Source: a virus
Lineage: Duplodnaviria; Caudoviricetes
Direction: 5' to 3' (one strand)
IMG/VR virus record: IMGVR_UViG_3300010338_000575
DNA length: 64,000 bases
Below are positions 36,497 through 46,643 of this stretch, piece after piece. Position 1 is the stretch's first letter. Each line of letters starts with the position of its first letter. The translations under genes and the position numbers were made by a program. The notes under the pieces were generated by a model, which saw nothing but the letters and a program-made list of their open reading frames with translations, did not search any database and was not told where the DNA came from.

Positions 36497-39400
36497 GTGG
36501 CAAAAATAAAAGTAATTAATAATAAACTTGATGGTAATTTAAATGGTGGTGATTTTACCGATAATCCATCAAATATAATATTTTCATTTGGTAGTTTTTT
36601 TGTTACTAGTAATTTTGAAGGTAAGAAAAATATCACATATCAAAACACATTAAATAATTTTGTCAGACCAGTAACACTTGAAACATTGAATCTTACTGAT
36701 ATTCAATCTAATATTATCGAAACAAAATCAAAATCATTTGTATTAAATTTTGATAATAAAGATTTAAATACATTTGTTAGATTTGGTTCGGCTTATGATT
36801 TTCTCAGAATTTCAATTGAAAATATAATTCTTAAATATCCAAGTAGTCTTTTTGCTAATTCATTAAGATTAGGTAATAATCCAATACCAACATTTAGTGG
36901 TTGTAATTATAATGATGTTACCAATATATCTACATTTTATGTATTGGTTGATTGTATTGAAAATAGATTTGGAATGGTATTTAATAAGGATAATGAAACC
37001 ATTCCTGATAATGATGTTTTAAAAAATTTAAACTTATCGTATAATGATTTTGTAATTAGTACTGCATCAAATTATGATAAATCATATCCGATAATCGGAT
37101 ATACTGGTAATACAATTAATAGTACCAATCCAACGTTACGAAATTTTATTAAATTTAAAGTGATTGGTAATCCATTTTCAGACGTGATGACTGGTAATAC
37201 AAATGGTATTGGTTTTATAAATTTTCACATAAAACCAAATAACATTAAATTTGAAGAATTTAGGGCACAATTAAAACCATATGAAAGATATATCATGTCT
37301 GAAAGAGTTGGTGTTGATGGATTTAAATTTGTTTTAAAAAATCCAACATTGGATGATAATGGCGAAATTATATATGTTGATAAAACATTAATATGGACAA
37401 CCACAGATGGTTATAATATTGATTTTGATAATAATGCATATAGAAATTTTTTGAATGCGGTATTAGCAATAGGTGATAAATATGATAAAATTAAAACAAA
37501 TTTAATTATTAGAATGTTAGTGCCGTCATCTGTTATAACATATGATTTAACTGAAAATCGTAAAATTAGTAAACTATTAAAAATATATGGTTGGGAATTT
37601 GACCAAATTAGAGGGTTTATTGATTCATTAATGTATATTAATAAAATTACATATGATAAAATTAATAACACACCAGATATTATAATAAAAAATATTGCGA
37701 GAACATTTGGTTGGGACTATTTTAATTTATTGAACGAAAATGAATTAGTTGATAGTATTTTAACCATAGATGAACAAGAAAGAAATTTACATAAAGATTT
37801 ATTACCAGCAGAAATTGACATTGAGTTATGGAGAAGAATTTTATTAAATACTAATTATTTTTGGAAATCTAAAGGAACTCGTGATGCGATTAAATCAATA
37901 TTTTTACTAATTGGAATTCCAGAACCTTTTATTAATATTACTGAATATGTATATACCGTTGATGGTAAAATTAATCCACAAAATGTAAAATTAAATATAC
38001 GTGATTTTCCAACACAATCGTTGCCATATGATAATAGTGGCTATCCAATTGCACCACTTGAATCAAATTCATTTTATTTTCAAGTATCAGGTGATACTGA
38101 TGGTGGTCAAACATATCTTAATGTTTTTCGTAAAGCGGGTTTTATATTGAACGAAACCGTTGATAATAAAAAATCTTGGGTACAATCGGGTGCAACGTAT
38201 AGAAAACACCATACAACACCACAGTATTATCAAGAAGATAGTAGGTTGATTATTAATACGAAAGAAGTTGATATTGCTTTAGATGTTGCAAGAGGTATTG
38301 AATATGATGTGTATAAATATATAAAAGATTATGATTTTCCAGTCAACAATAGTGGATATACATTACCATATTCATATGTTAACATATCGTTAAATTATAC
38401 AGGAACTCAAAATACATTCACATTACCATTTGAATATGACAATACACAAGGTGATTTGGAAGTTAGATTTAATGGTATATTATTAAATGCCCCTAAAACA
38501 GGTGTTACTAATAATGTGTTGACAAATGCTGATTACGTTGTGACAGGTAATACTTTTACAATATTAAATGATAATTATGCAAAAAATTATGGAAATCATA
38601 GAGATGTGATACAAGCAACCTTTATATATTCATCGGATGAACCGATATCGGGTATTACAGTCAATTATATTGTTACTCGAATTAAAGCCAATTTAACTGG
38701 TACTATTATACCATTACCAACAACACCACGTGGTGATGTTCAAGTGACTATTAATGGCATTGCTTTATCAAAAGGAACTCCCCAATATACTGCAGATTAT
38801 AATATTAATTATAATACCAATGAAATTATCATATTAAATCAAGATGTGATTTCATATTTGGTTGATAATCCTGAGGTACAAGTATCTTATGTTGAAGTTA
38901 TTAATAATAATGATATTTCATTGAAAAATGAAACCGTTAGAATCGATAGTTTTAGTAATAGTAAAATATATTATAGTGCTAATGCTAATAAATACGTATA
39001 CAAACTAAATTATAAAGTAAATGATGCTAAGGATATTAAATTTTTAGTGGATGGAATTGCATTAGAGCCAATTAAAGATTATAGTATTAATACATTAAAC
39101 CCATATGAAGTGTTTTTACCAAAAGGATTGAGATATGGTAGTGTTCTCAGTGTTTATTATTTGGTTGGTGGAAATACTGTATATAAACCAGTAGTATCAG
39201 ATTCATTTAGTATTGGTGATATTAGCAAATTATCATTTCTTGAATTTCTTGAATTAATTCAAAGAAAAATGATTAATGCTAGAAATAGAAAAACAATTAC
39301 CGATTCCAAAGGGGGATGGTATTCAACTGTACTTAAAATATATGAAACGTATTTAAAACGAAGTGAACTTGAAATCAATAATCCGTTACATTCTAATGGT

Positions 39401-40852
39401 TATTCATTCAGCAATTTATATCAGTTTTTAAATAAATATAATGCATTTTTTAATAGATTTGTAGAACAATTACTATCATCAACAATAATTCTAAAAAAGG
39501 GTGGATTGTTAGTTAGGAATAGTATATTTACTAAGCAAAAGTATGTATATAAAAGAGGTGTTAACGTTCACGAAAATGCGATTTTAAATTTTGATAATGT
39601 TAATACAACGATAAAAAATAGGTCAACATTATATCATTTAGGTGATGATGGTAGTGTTTTTACAATACCAGTGGAATATAATACACCTTCACCAATTGAG
39701 TTATATGTTGACACTAAATTAGGATATGCTGGTATTGGTAAATTGGTCGATATTGGTGGTGAAAATATTGTTAATTATGAAAATATCACACAGTACGGTA
39801 TTCAATATAAAGAAACAATTTCAAATAATTGGATACAATATCCATTATTAACACAACCATTAACCACAAATAATTTCACATTAACGATAACTGGGTTGTC
39901 TGAAAACACGTCATATGATTATCGTGCAATTGTATATTTAAATAATATTAGTGCAACTGGCGATACAAAAACATTAACAACACTCGCAACACCACCACTA
40001 CCAGTACCATCTGGTAAAACAAAACTGATGACATCATCAACAACCACATCAATAATCGGAACTGGTGGTTATGATATTCAAAGATACCAAGATGTTGATT
40101 GGTATGGTGTTCAATATGAGCCAATTGGTACGACAATCATCGATTTTAACGTAACACCAACACAATTCACAAATGTGCCTGCAAGTAATACTGGATTAAC
40201 AGTTACAGTATGTGGTGATATATCAAATTGTTATGATGTTAGTACGAATGAATTATGGTTTATATTATCAATACCTAATCCACCAATACCACAAGGTAAT
40301 TCATATAATATTGGTGTTAAGGCAAATACTTCAACATCACCAAGAACAGGTACTATTTGTTTTATACCACAATCTGGTGATACTAAAACGGTATGTGTAA
40401 CACAATTAGGTTCACCAATAGTAACAATACCTGTTAATGTATGTTATTACCCCAACAATGGTGTTGATTATTATACTTGCACAACATGTTCAAGACGTGG
40501 TGGTTATGTCACTAAACCACAAAATGGCGAGTGTTTTAATGTTAAATTAGATTATTCAATATCAAAATGTTCAACACCGCTTATAACAGAATCGTGTGTG
40601 TGGGTTAAATGTAATGGTTCTGAAATATTTTCTTGTGAAATTGTTTCAAAAATAGCAAAAGAAATATGTGGTACTTTTGGTGTTGTTACAGTAACACCAA
40701 ATACATGTTTAGAATTATTTGCATATGCTGAAACAACATCATCAAGAATACCGTCAATTTCAAAAATTTATATTAACGAAGTGAATAATATTTGCGGTAA
40801 TTATTGTTTAGGTGGTTCTAATCAAATTGTTGCTGGTGCTGGTTTAGTTTAA
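36497..40852 (+). CDS. Large baseplate/tail structural protein with FN3-like, BACON-like and Cys-rich C-terminal domains
   Basis: YFWKSKGTRDAI (gp7/tail-protein-I-like motif), ITGLSENTSYDYRA (FN3), ANTSTSPRTGTI...VTQ (BACON-like). Confidence 0.65.
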   Translation: MAKIKVINNKLDGNLNGGDFTDNPSNIIFSFGSFFVTSNFEGKKNITYQNTLNNFVRPVTLETLNLTDIQSNIIETKSKSFVLNFDNKDLNTFVRFGSAYDFLRISIENIILKYPSSLFANSLRLGNNPIPTFSGCNYNDVTNISTFYVLVDCIENRFGMVFNKDNETIPDNDVLKNLNLSYNDFVISTASNYDKSYPIIGYTGNTINSTNPTLRNFIKFKVIGNPFSDVMTGNTNGIGFINFHIKPNNIKFEEFRAQLKPYERYIMSERVGVDGFKFVLKNPTLDDNGEIIYVDKTLIWTTTDGYNIDFDNNAYRNFLNAVLAIGDKYDKIKTNLIIRMLVPSSVITYDLTENRKISKLLKIYGWEFDQIRGFIDSLMYINKITYDKINNTPDIIIKNIARTFGWDYFNLLNENELVDSILTIDEQERNLHKDLLPAEIDIELWRRILLNTNYFWKSKGTRDAIKSIFLLIGIPEPFINITEYVYTVDGKINPQNVKLNIRDFPTQSLPYDNSGYPIAPLESNSFYFQVSGDTDGGQTYLNVFRKAGFILNETVDNKKSWVQSGATYRKHHTTPQYYQEDSRLIINTKEVDIALDVARGIEYDVYKYIKDYDFPVNNSGYTLPYSYVNISLNYTGTQNTFTLPFEYDNTQGDLEVRFNGILLNAPKTGVTNNVLTNADYVVTGNTFTILNDNYAKNYGNHRDVIQATFIYSSDEPISGITVNYIVTRIKANLTGTIIPLPTTPRGDVQVTINGIALSKGTPQYTADYNINYNTNEIIILNQDVISYLVDNPEVQVSYVEVINNNDISLKNETVRIDSFSNSKIYYSANANKYVYKLNYKVNDAKDIKFLVDGIALEPIKDYSINTLNPYEVFLPKGLRYGSVLSVYYLVGGNTVYKPVVSDSFSIGDISKLSFLEFLELIQRKMINARNRKTITDSKGGWYSTVLKIYETYLKRSELEINNPLHSNGYSFSNLYQFLNKYNAFFNRFVEQLLSSTIILKKGGLLVRNSIFTKQKYVYKRGVNVHENAILNFDNVNTTIKNRSTLYHLGDDGSVFTIPVEYNTPSPIELYVDTKLGYAGIGKLVDIGGENIVNYENITQYGIQYKETISNNWIQYPLLTQPLTTNNFTLTITGLSENTSYDYRAIVYLNNISATGDTKTLTTLATPPLPVPSGKTKLMTSSTTTSIIGTGGYDIQRYQDVDWYGVQYEPIGTTIIDFNVTPTQFTNVPASNTGLTVTVCGDISNCYDVSTNELWFILSIPNPPIPQGNSYNIGVKANTSTSPRTGTICFIPQSGDTKTVCVTQLGSPIVTIPVNVCYYPNNGVDYYTCTTCSRRGGYVTKPQNGECFNVKLDYSISKCSTPLITESCVWVKCNGSEIFSCEIVSKIAKEICGTFGVVTVTPNTCLELFAYAETTSSRIPSISKIYINEVNNICGNYCLGGSNQIVAGAGLV

Positions 40853-40885
40853 TAATATAATTATTTAAAATATAATGGTGTAATA

Positions 40886-40945
40886 GTATGACTTGGCAAT
40901 GCACAGAATTAAAACGTATGACTTGGCAATGCACAGAATTAAAAC
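40886..40945 (+). repeat. Perfect 30-bp tandem duplication spanning a start codon
   Basis: GTATGACTTGGCAATGCACAGAATTAAAAC x2, giving MTWQCTELK twice. Confidence 0.95.
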
Positions 40946-41838
40946 AAGGTCCTCTCACTAATAATTCATATACAATAGATATTACTGGATTAACTCCAAG
41001 TACAAAATATCGTTATCGTGCATATTTTGTTGTTGATGGTGTTGAATATTATGGTAATATATTAACAGGCACAACTGCATCAATATCAATAACAACACCA
41101 ACTGTAATAACAGGTGAAGCATATCATGATTTAGATGCCCCATCAACAGCAATAAGGGTTTATAATAATTGTATATCAAATAACGGCAATGCACCTATTC
41201 AAGAATATGGTGTTTTGTATACAAAAAGCATTCAGTTTAGTTGTGATAATTGCCTAATAATTGAAAATTATCCAAATTATGTAATGAAAAAATCATTATA
41301 TGATGATGGGCAAATGAACCCATATTTCATTGATGATTCAGCATATTCAATTTGTAATTTGGAATCTGACACAACCTATTATTATAGGGCATATGCAAAA
41401 AATGCTGCAGGTTATTCTTATGGTAGCGTAAAAAATATAAAAACAGAATCACCCCCATCACCACCAATTAATATTGAAGTAAATATTACGTGGAATGATG
41501 AAAATAATTTTGGTCGTAATGATGGTTTTGGTGGTAGTTTTTCTATAATGTGTTGTGATAATTCGTTAATATCTACACATACAATACCATCATATTCAAA
41601 AAATAGAACTTGTTTGATTTGTTTAAATGCTGGTTGTTATTACATCGATTTAAATAATATCGAAGCAAGAATTGATTATAATTTAATATCATATGATATT
41701 GAATGGTCATTATCATGTAATGGATTTGAAACAATACCAATTATTTGTCCAATAACAAGTTGTTTTAATGGTGATGTGACAATTTCAGTATCATTACCCA
41801 ATTTTGTTGGATATGATGGTCAATTACCACCAATATAA
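40888..41838 (+). CDS. FN3-repeat virion protein
   Basis: ITGLTPSTKYRYRAY and NLESDTTYYYRAYAKN...YG FN3 motifs; Cys-rich C-terminus. Confidence 0.7.
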   Translation: MTWQCTELKRMTWQCTELKQGPLTNNSYTIDITGLTPSTKYRYRAYFVVDGVEYYGNILTGTTASISITTPTVITGEAYHDLDAPSTAIRVYNNCISNNGNAPIQEYGVLYTKSIQFSCDNCLIIENYPNYVMKKSLYDDGQMNPYFIDDSAYSICNLESDTTYYYRAYAKNAAGYSYGSVKNIKTESPPSPPINIEVNITWNDENNFGRNDGFGGSFSIMCCDNSLISTHTIPSYSKNRTCLICLNAGCYYIDLNNIEARIDYNLISYDIEWSLSCNGFETIPIICPITSCFNGDVTISVSLPNFVGYDGQLPPI

Positions 41839-41853
41839 AAAAAATAAATAATT

Positions 41854-41861
41854 GTATTTAT
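41854..41861 (+). promoter_or_regulatory. Putative phage late promoter GTATTTAT
   Basis: Upstream of ATG 41876. Confidence 0.7.
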
Positions 41862-41875
41862 AATAAAAAAACAAA

Positions 41876-43174
41876 ATGGCATTTATAGATAAAAAAAACC
41901 CAGTTGTAATTAATATAAAATTAACATCTAAAGGTAGAGAGTTGTTATCGAAGGGTAAATTAAATTTCACATATTACGCTATTGGTGATAGTGAAATTGA
42001 TTATAATTTTGTTTCAAAAATAGAGAACGATCCGAATGTGACTGATTATTCAGCATTCAATTCAATGATATTAAGACCTGTTGATAAAAATCCAAATATA
42101 ATTTCGTTTATTCCCAAATCATTATCAGGTGATCCTTATAATTATATTAATATAGTACCAACATCATATTATACAGTGCATAATAAAGTTGATAGTGTTG
42201 GATTTTTTAGTAATAGTGGTGAAACTTTTATTACCGATAGTAATCATATAAAGCAACCTGATGTAATGATTCAGGTGAATACTGTTAATGGTGGTCAATC
42301 GTTAACATTAAAAAAAGCACCAACATACGGTACGAGTACATTAGAACCAACTGTCGGTGATTTATTATTTGTGAGATGGACATATACAAATTCAACTACT
42401 GGTTATTCAGTAAATAATACATTTCCAACACCTAATTTATTTTACAAGATAACTGGAATTGTAAGTGGTTCATTATCGACAAACGATTTAAATGTTGTGG
42501 TTGATCGTGAATTACCTAATTTTAGTAATTTAACAATACCATCAAATATACATGCAGGTGCAATGGTATTATATGATTTAATTAATTATACGGGGTCGAC
42601 ATTATTAAACATGTCATCAACTGATTATGTTGATGAAAGTGTTTTATCATTTTTAGAAAATAGTCAATCACCAACAATAATTTATCCATTTTGGAATTTA
42701 TCGATAATATATACTGAAGAAATTGCAGGTGTTGGTGCAAATAATTTAAAATATACCCAATTTAAAAATAAAGCAATGGGTGGTTTTGTATCATATATAC
42801 AAAATCAAGCACCAATTTATAAAAAATTAGGTGTTATACACTATACAAATAATTCACCTGCAAATGTATATGCTGAAGGATTTTTATTAAAAACACCAAC
42901 AATTAGAATACCAACAATAATGTGGCATAAATCTAATAGTGATACATTAGGTGTTACACTAATTGCTAGTGGTGATAGTAAATTATTAACTGGAACAACA
43001 AAATCATTAGATGTTGTATATTATGATTTATGTGATATAAATGGATTTGTTGTGGGTAAGGTGTTTCCCGATTTAAAAATATTTGTTATTGAGGATCAAG
43101 AGTTATTATTTGCCATGTCATATAAATCAAATAGGTCGTGGACGTTACCTAATTATATAATAAGTAGTATTTGA
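41876..43174 (+). CDS. Virion structural protein (tail-collar/fibre N-terminal-like motif)
   Basis: LTSKGRELLSKG..FTYYAIGD resembles the N-terminus of tail-collar fibre proteins. Confidence 0.55.
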   Translation: MAFIDKKNPVVINIKLTSKGRELLSKGKLNFTYYAIGDSEIDYNFVSKIENDPNVTDYSAFNSMILRPVDKNPNIISFIPKSLSGDPYNYINIVPTSYYTVHNKVDSVGFFSNSGETFITDSNHIKQPDVMIQVNTVNGGQSLTLKKAPTYGTSTLEPTVGDLLFVRWTYTNSTTGYSVNNTFPTPNLFYKITGIVSGSLSTNDLNVVVDRELPNFSNLTIPSNIHAGAMVLYDLINYTGSTLLNMSSTDYVDESVLSFLENSQSPTIIYPFWNLSIIYTEEIAGVGANNLKYTQFKNKAMGGFVSYIQNQAPIYKKLGVIHYTNNSPANVYAEGFLLKTPTIRIPTIMWHKSNSDTLGVTLIASGDSKLLTGTTKSLDVVYYDLCDINGFVVGKVFPDLKIFVIEDQELLFAMSYKSNRSWTLPNYIISSI

Positions 43175-43186
43175 TAACATAAAAAT

Positions 43187-43912
43187 ATGAAAACATATAC
43201 AATATTTACAACTTATGTATTAGTACCAACTGGTGGTACTTTTGGTATGCCATATAGTATGGCAATACATTGTAATTATATTAATAAAACACAAATTGAA
43301 ACTGAAAATATTAATATACATGGGTTTAAATTATATTTTCCAAACCCCGATGAATTTAGGTTTTTAAATAACACATTAAATGGTGTTGGTTATACAGCAA
43401 ATAAAATATATATTTTATTTCAAATTGTAGATAATACCAATGCTAATGGTGGTGAAATAATTCCAATATCATCAGAATGGAGATATGTTGACGTTACCAA
43501 TCAAATACAAAATCATGGTCAATATTTATCTGCAAATGATTTAACAAACACCGTTTTTTATATTCAATTTAATAATTATGATAATTATCCAATCTATAAT
43601 TTAAATTATTTATCATATCCACAATATAATCAATCGGATAAATTGTCGTTTGGTGATGAAACGTATTTCTTTGGTGTTGTTGAAACTGAAATAAAAGCAG
43701 ATGTATATACGACAGATATTTCTATTAATTTACCATTAAATGAATTTAACACAAGTACAAATTCAACATGGGATGGTAATTCAAAAGTATACATAAGTGA
43801 AATTGGTATATATGATAGTGATAAAAATTTGGTTGCTATTGGGAAATTGAATAATCCAGTACCTAAAGATTCTACAATATCTAGAACTATTGTTTTTGCA
43901 ATTGATTTTTAA
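43187..43912 (+). CDS. Virion structural protein (tail-collar/fibre motif)
   Basis: ISEIGIYDSDKNLVAIGKLNNPVPK motif. Confidence 0.55.
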   Translation: MKTYTIFTTYVLVPTGGTFGMPYSMAIHCNYINKTQIETENINIHGFKLYFPNPDEFRFLNNTLNGVGYTANKIYILFQIVDNTNANGGEIIPISSEWRYVDVTNQIQNHGQYLSANDLTNTVFYIQFNNYDNYPIYNLNYLSYPQYNQSDKLSFGDETYFFGVVETEIKADVYTTDISINLPLNEFNTSTNSTWDGNSKVYISEIGIYDSDKNLVAIGKLNNPVPKDSTISRTIVFAIDF

Positions 43913-43950
43913 AAAAAATTAATAATTATATAATTTTTTATAAAATCTTA

Positions 43951-43958
43951 GTATTTAT
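43951..43958 (+). promoter_or_regulatory. Putative phage late promoter GTATTTAT
   Basis: Upstream of ATG 43993. Confidence 0.6.
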
Positions 43959-43992
43959 TATAAAATAATTTTTATAATAAAAAAATACAATT

Positions 43993-44190
43993 ATGTCAAA
44001 TATTGAAAAAAAATTTAAATCGATAATTATTAATGGTGAATTACATTATAGATTAAAAATCTATTGTAAGGGAAAAAGTTTAAAAATTGGTGGTGTTATT
44101 GAAGATTTAATTGATTTGTATCTAACAAAGCCTAAAGAATTACAAAAAATGATTGAGGAAAATAATAGTAAAAAAAATGTTGTTATATAG
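43993..44190 (+). CDS. Ribbon-helix-helix-like DNA-binding protein
   Basis: KSIIINGELHYRLKIYC...IGGVIEDLI strand-helix-helix pattern. Confidence 0.55.
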   Translation: MSNIEKKFKSIIINGELHYRLKIYCKGKSLKIGGVIEDLIDLYLTKPKELQKMIEENNSKKNVVI

Positions 44191-44199
44191 TATAGTGTT

Positions 44200-44814
44200 A
44201 TGGAAAATTATGTATGGTCATTAGATATAAGCACAACTAATATTGGTAGTGCTCTTTGGAATTTGGATGGTAAGTTAATTGAATTAAAACATCTCGAATT
44301 AAAAACCCCCAAAAATATCGATGTTGAACATAGGGATATTTATAAGGGTGAAAATTTTAAAAATTATGTTGTTGAGTATAAAGAAAGAGTATTAAATGAA
44401 TTAAATGGTAAGATTGTTCAAATAATTGTTGAAGAACCGCTTGGTGGTAGTAATAATATTAATACCGTGTCGTTATTATATGGTTTTAATGGTATTTGTA
44501 GATATATATTGTATACCGTTTTTGGTGTTTATCCAATAAAAATTAGTGTATATGAATCAAGAAAATTATTTTGCCCCGAATTAGTCAAAACATCATATGA
44601 TAAAAAGGGTGTGAAAAAAGAAACACTTTCATTTCCTAAAGAATATGAAAAAAAGAAAAAATTGTATATTTGGGAAAAAGTTTCTAAATTAGAACCCCAA
44701 ATTAATTGGGTTTATAAGAAAAATAGCAACGAACCAAAGGATATGTGTTTTGATATGTCTGATAGTTATGCTGTTGGTTATGCTGGATTAAAAAAAATGG
44801 GAATTATTAAATGA
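44200..44814 (+). CDS. RuvC-like Holliday junction resolvase
   Basis: SLDISTTNIG, IVEEP, FDMSDSY acidic catalytic set of the RNase H fold. Confidence 0.75.
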   Translation: MENYVWSLDISTTNIGSALWNLDGKLIELKHLELKTPKNIDVEHRDIYKGENFKNYVVEYKERVLNELNGKIVQIIVEEPLGGSNNINTVSLLYGFNGICRYILYTVFGVYPIKISVYESRKLFCPELVKTSYDKKGVKKETLSFPKEYEKKKKLYIWEKVSKLEPQINWVYKKNSNEPKDMCFDMSDSYAVGYAGLKKMGIIK

Positions 44815-45119
44815 AATATGTTTATTTGATACAATCGTTAGAAAACGGCTATTATAAAATAGGTGTTTCAACACAACCACAAAAAAGATTAAAACAATTA
44901 CAAACAGGTAATTCTTCAACATTAAAATTAATTGATGCGTTTTTATCTGAATATGCAATGAAAATTGAAAAATCGTTGCATAATAGATATTCGTATTTAA
45001 AAAAAGAAGGTGAATGGTTTGATTTATCCATTGAAATTGAAGTTAATTTCATTGATGAATGTAAAAAAATTGAAAATAATATTAAGATATTAAAAGAAAA
45101 TGGGAATGTTTTTATCTAA
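44811..45119 (+). CDS. GIY-YIG/T5orf172-family nuclease
   Basis: YVYLI...YKIGVS..PQKRLKQLQTGN...IEKSLH...GEWF. Confidence 0.85.
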   Translation: MKYVYLIQSLENGYYKIGVSTQPQKRLKQLQTGNSSTLKLIDAFLSEYAMKIEKSLHNRYSYLKKEGEWFDLSIEIEVNFIDECKKIENNIKILKENGNVFI

Positions 45120-45125
45120 AAAAAC

Positions 45126-45156
45126 TTGCAATATTCATAATTTTATTGTATGTTTG
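45126..45156 (+). promoter_or_regulatory. Bacteroidota housekeeping-sigma promoter
   Basis: TTG 45126-45128, 20-nt spacer, TATGTTTG 45149-45156. Confidence 0.7.
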
Positions 45157-45203
45157 ACAAAATTTTTTTAATTATTTTATTTGTCTAATAATATATAAAA
45201 AAA

Positions 45204-46640
45204 ATGACAAGAGAAAGAATTGAAAATGCTGTTAATGTTATTAATTATGCTATTAATAACGGTATTTCGGTAAGTGAAGCATCAATAAAATGTGGGTATG
45301 CAAGAACATACATAAAAAACGTAAAAGCATTAATTTATGAAAAATATGATAATGGTATTTTAGATGATGATTTATTTGAATTATTTAATAATGCTTATCA
45401 AAGATATTTAAACAAATACAATAATTATCGAATCAAACCTGATGATTTGGTTGATACTAATAATTTAAATAAGGTTATTGTTGATGGTGTATCAGTAACA
45501 TCAAATGATAATGAACTTAATATAGAATGGTCTGGTGATGTTAAACACGTAAAAACATTGGAAGATTTGTTAGAGGTGACTAAGGTAAACCTAAATGATT
45601 GGAATGTTGAAAAGTATGTAATTAATAAATGGGATGTAACATCATTTAAAAACAATAAACCAATAGTTGCACAGAATTGGCAAGTAAAAGCACAATTAGT
45701 GAAAAATAAAACAAAAATTCATGAGCATCAATTGGGTGAAATATTTATAAAAATGATTAGTGATTATAAACCACCTGTATTAAATGTTAATTACAAAAAA
45801 AAATTTGATAAAACATCAAACGAAGATAACAATTTATTAGAAATTTCGATATTTGATTTACATTTAGGTAAATTAGCATGGCGTGGAGAAACATATGAAA
45901 ATTATGATATAAAAATTGCACGTGAAAGATTTCTATATTCAATCAATTCTTTAATAAAAAGAGCAAGTGGTTTTTCAATTTCAAGAATTGTTTTTCCAGT
46001 TGGAAGTGATTTTTTTAATAGTGATACTATATTCAATACAACAACACAAGGAACACCACAAGATGAAGATTTGCGTTGGCAAAAAACGTTTGATATTGGG
46101 TGTAGATTAATTATCGATGCTATTAATGTTTTAAAACAAATAGGAGTGCCAATTGATGTTATTATAGTACCCGGTAATCATGATTTTGAAAGAAATTATT
46201 ATTTAGGTAAATTTATTGATGCTTGGTTTAATAATGATTCTCAAGTTATTGTTGACACACATGCGTCGCCAAGAAAGTATTATAGATTTGGTAATTTATT
46301 GTTAGGATTTACTCACGGTGATCAGGAAAATGAAAGTAGTTTACCGATGATAATGGCAACAGATATACCCTCAAAACCATTATGGAGTCAAACAAAATTT
46401 CATGAATGGCATGTTGGTCATATTCATAGAAAAAGAAATGTTAAATATGAATTGAATAAAGTAACTGAATTAAACGAAAATTTAGGGGTGACTATTAGAT
46501 ATTTATCCAGTTTAACAGGCACAGAAGAATGGCATCATAAAAAAGGTTTTATTGGTAATAATAAGGCAGCAGATGCGTTTATTTGGAATTATGAATATGG
46601 TTTGGTTGCACACATAAATACAAATATAATAATTGATTAA
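45204..46640 (+). CDS. Calcineurin-like metallophosphoesterase with N-terminal HTH
   Basis: DLHLG, GSD, PGNHD, THGD, GHIH motifs; N-terminal ISVSEASIKCG HTH. Confidence 0.8.
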   Translation: MTRERIENAVNVINYAINNGISVSEASIKCGYARTYIKNVKALIYEKYDNGILDDDLFELFNNAYQRYLNKYNNYRIKPDDLVDTNNLNKVIVDGVSVTSNDNELNIEWSGDVKHVKTLEDLLEVTKVNLNDWNVEKYVINKWDVTSFKNNKPIVAQNWQVKAQLVKNKTKIHEHQLGEIFIKMISDYKPPVLNVNYKKKFDKTSNEDNNLLEISIFDLHLGKLAWRGETYENYDIKIARERFLYSINSLIKRASGFSISRIVFPVGSDFFNSDTIFNTTTQGTPQDEDLRWQKTFDIGCRLIIDAINVLKQIGVPIDVIIVPGNHDFERNYYLGKFIDAWFNNDSQVIVDTHASPRKYYRFGNLLLGFTHGDQENESSLPMIMATDIPSKPLWSQTKFHEWHVGHIHRKRNVKYELNKVTELNENLGVTIRYLSSLTGTEEWHHKKGFIGNNKAADAFIWNYEYGLVAHINTNIIID

Positions 46641-46643
46641 ATT

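Noticed and set aside
43993-45119. Toxin-antitoxin pair or IS/Cas12-like element (RHH + RuvC + GIY-YIG)
   Set aside because: The RuvC protein is a compact resolvase-sized domain with no zinc finger, transposase or terminal repeats; an ordinary phage resolvase is the simpler reading
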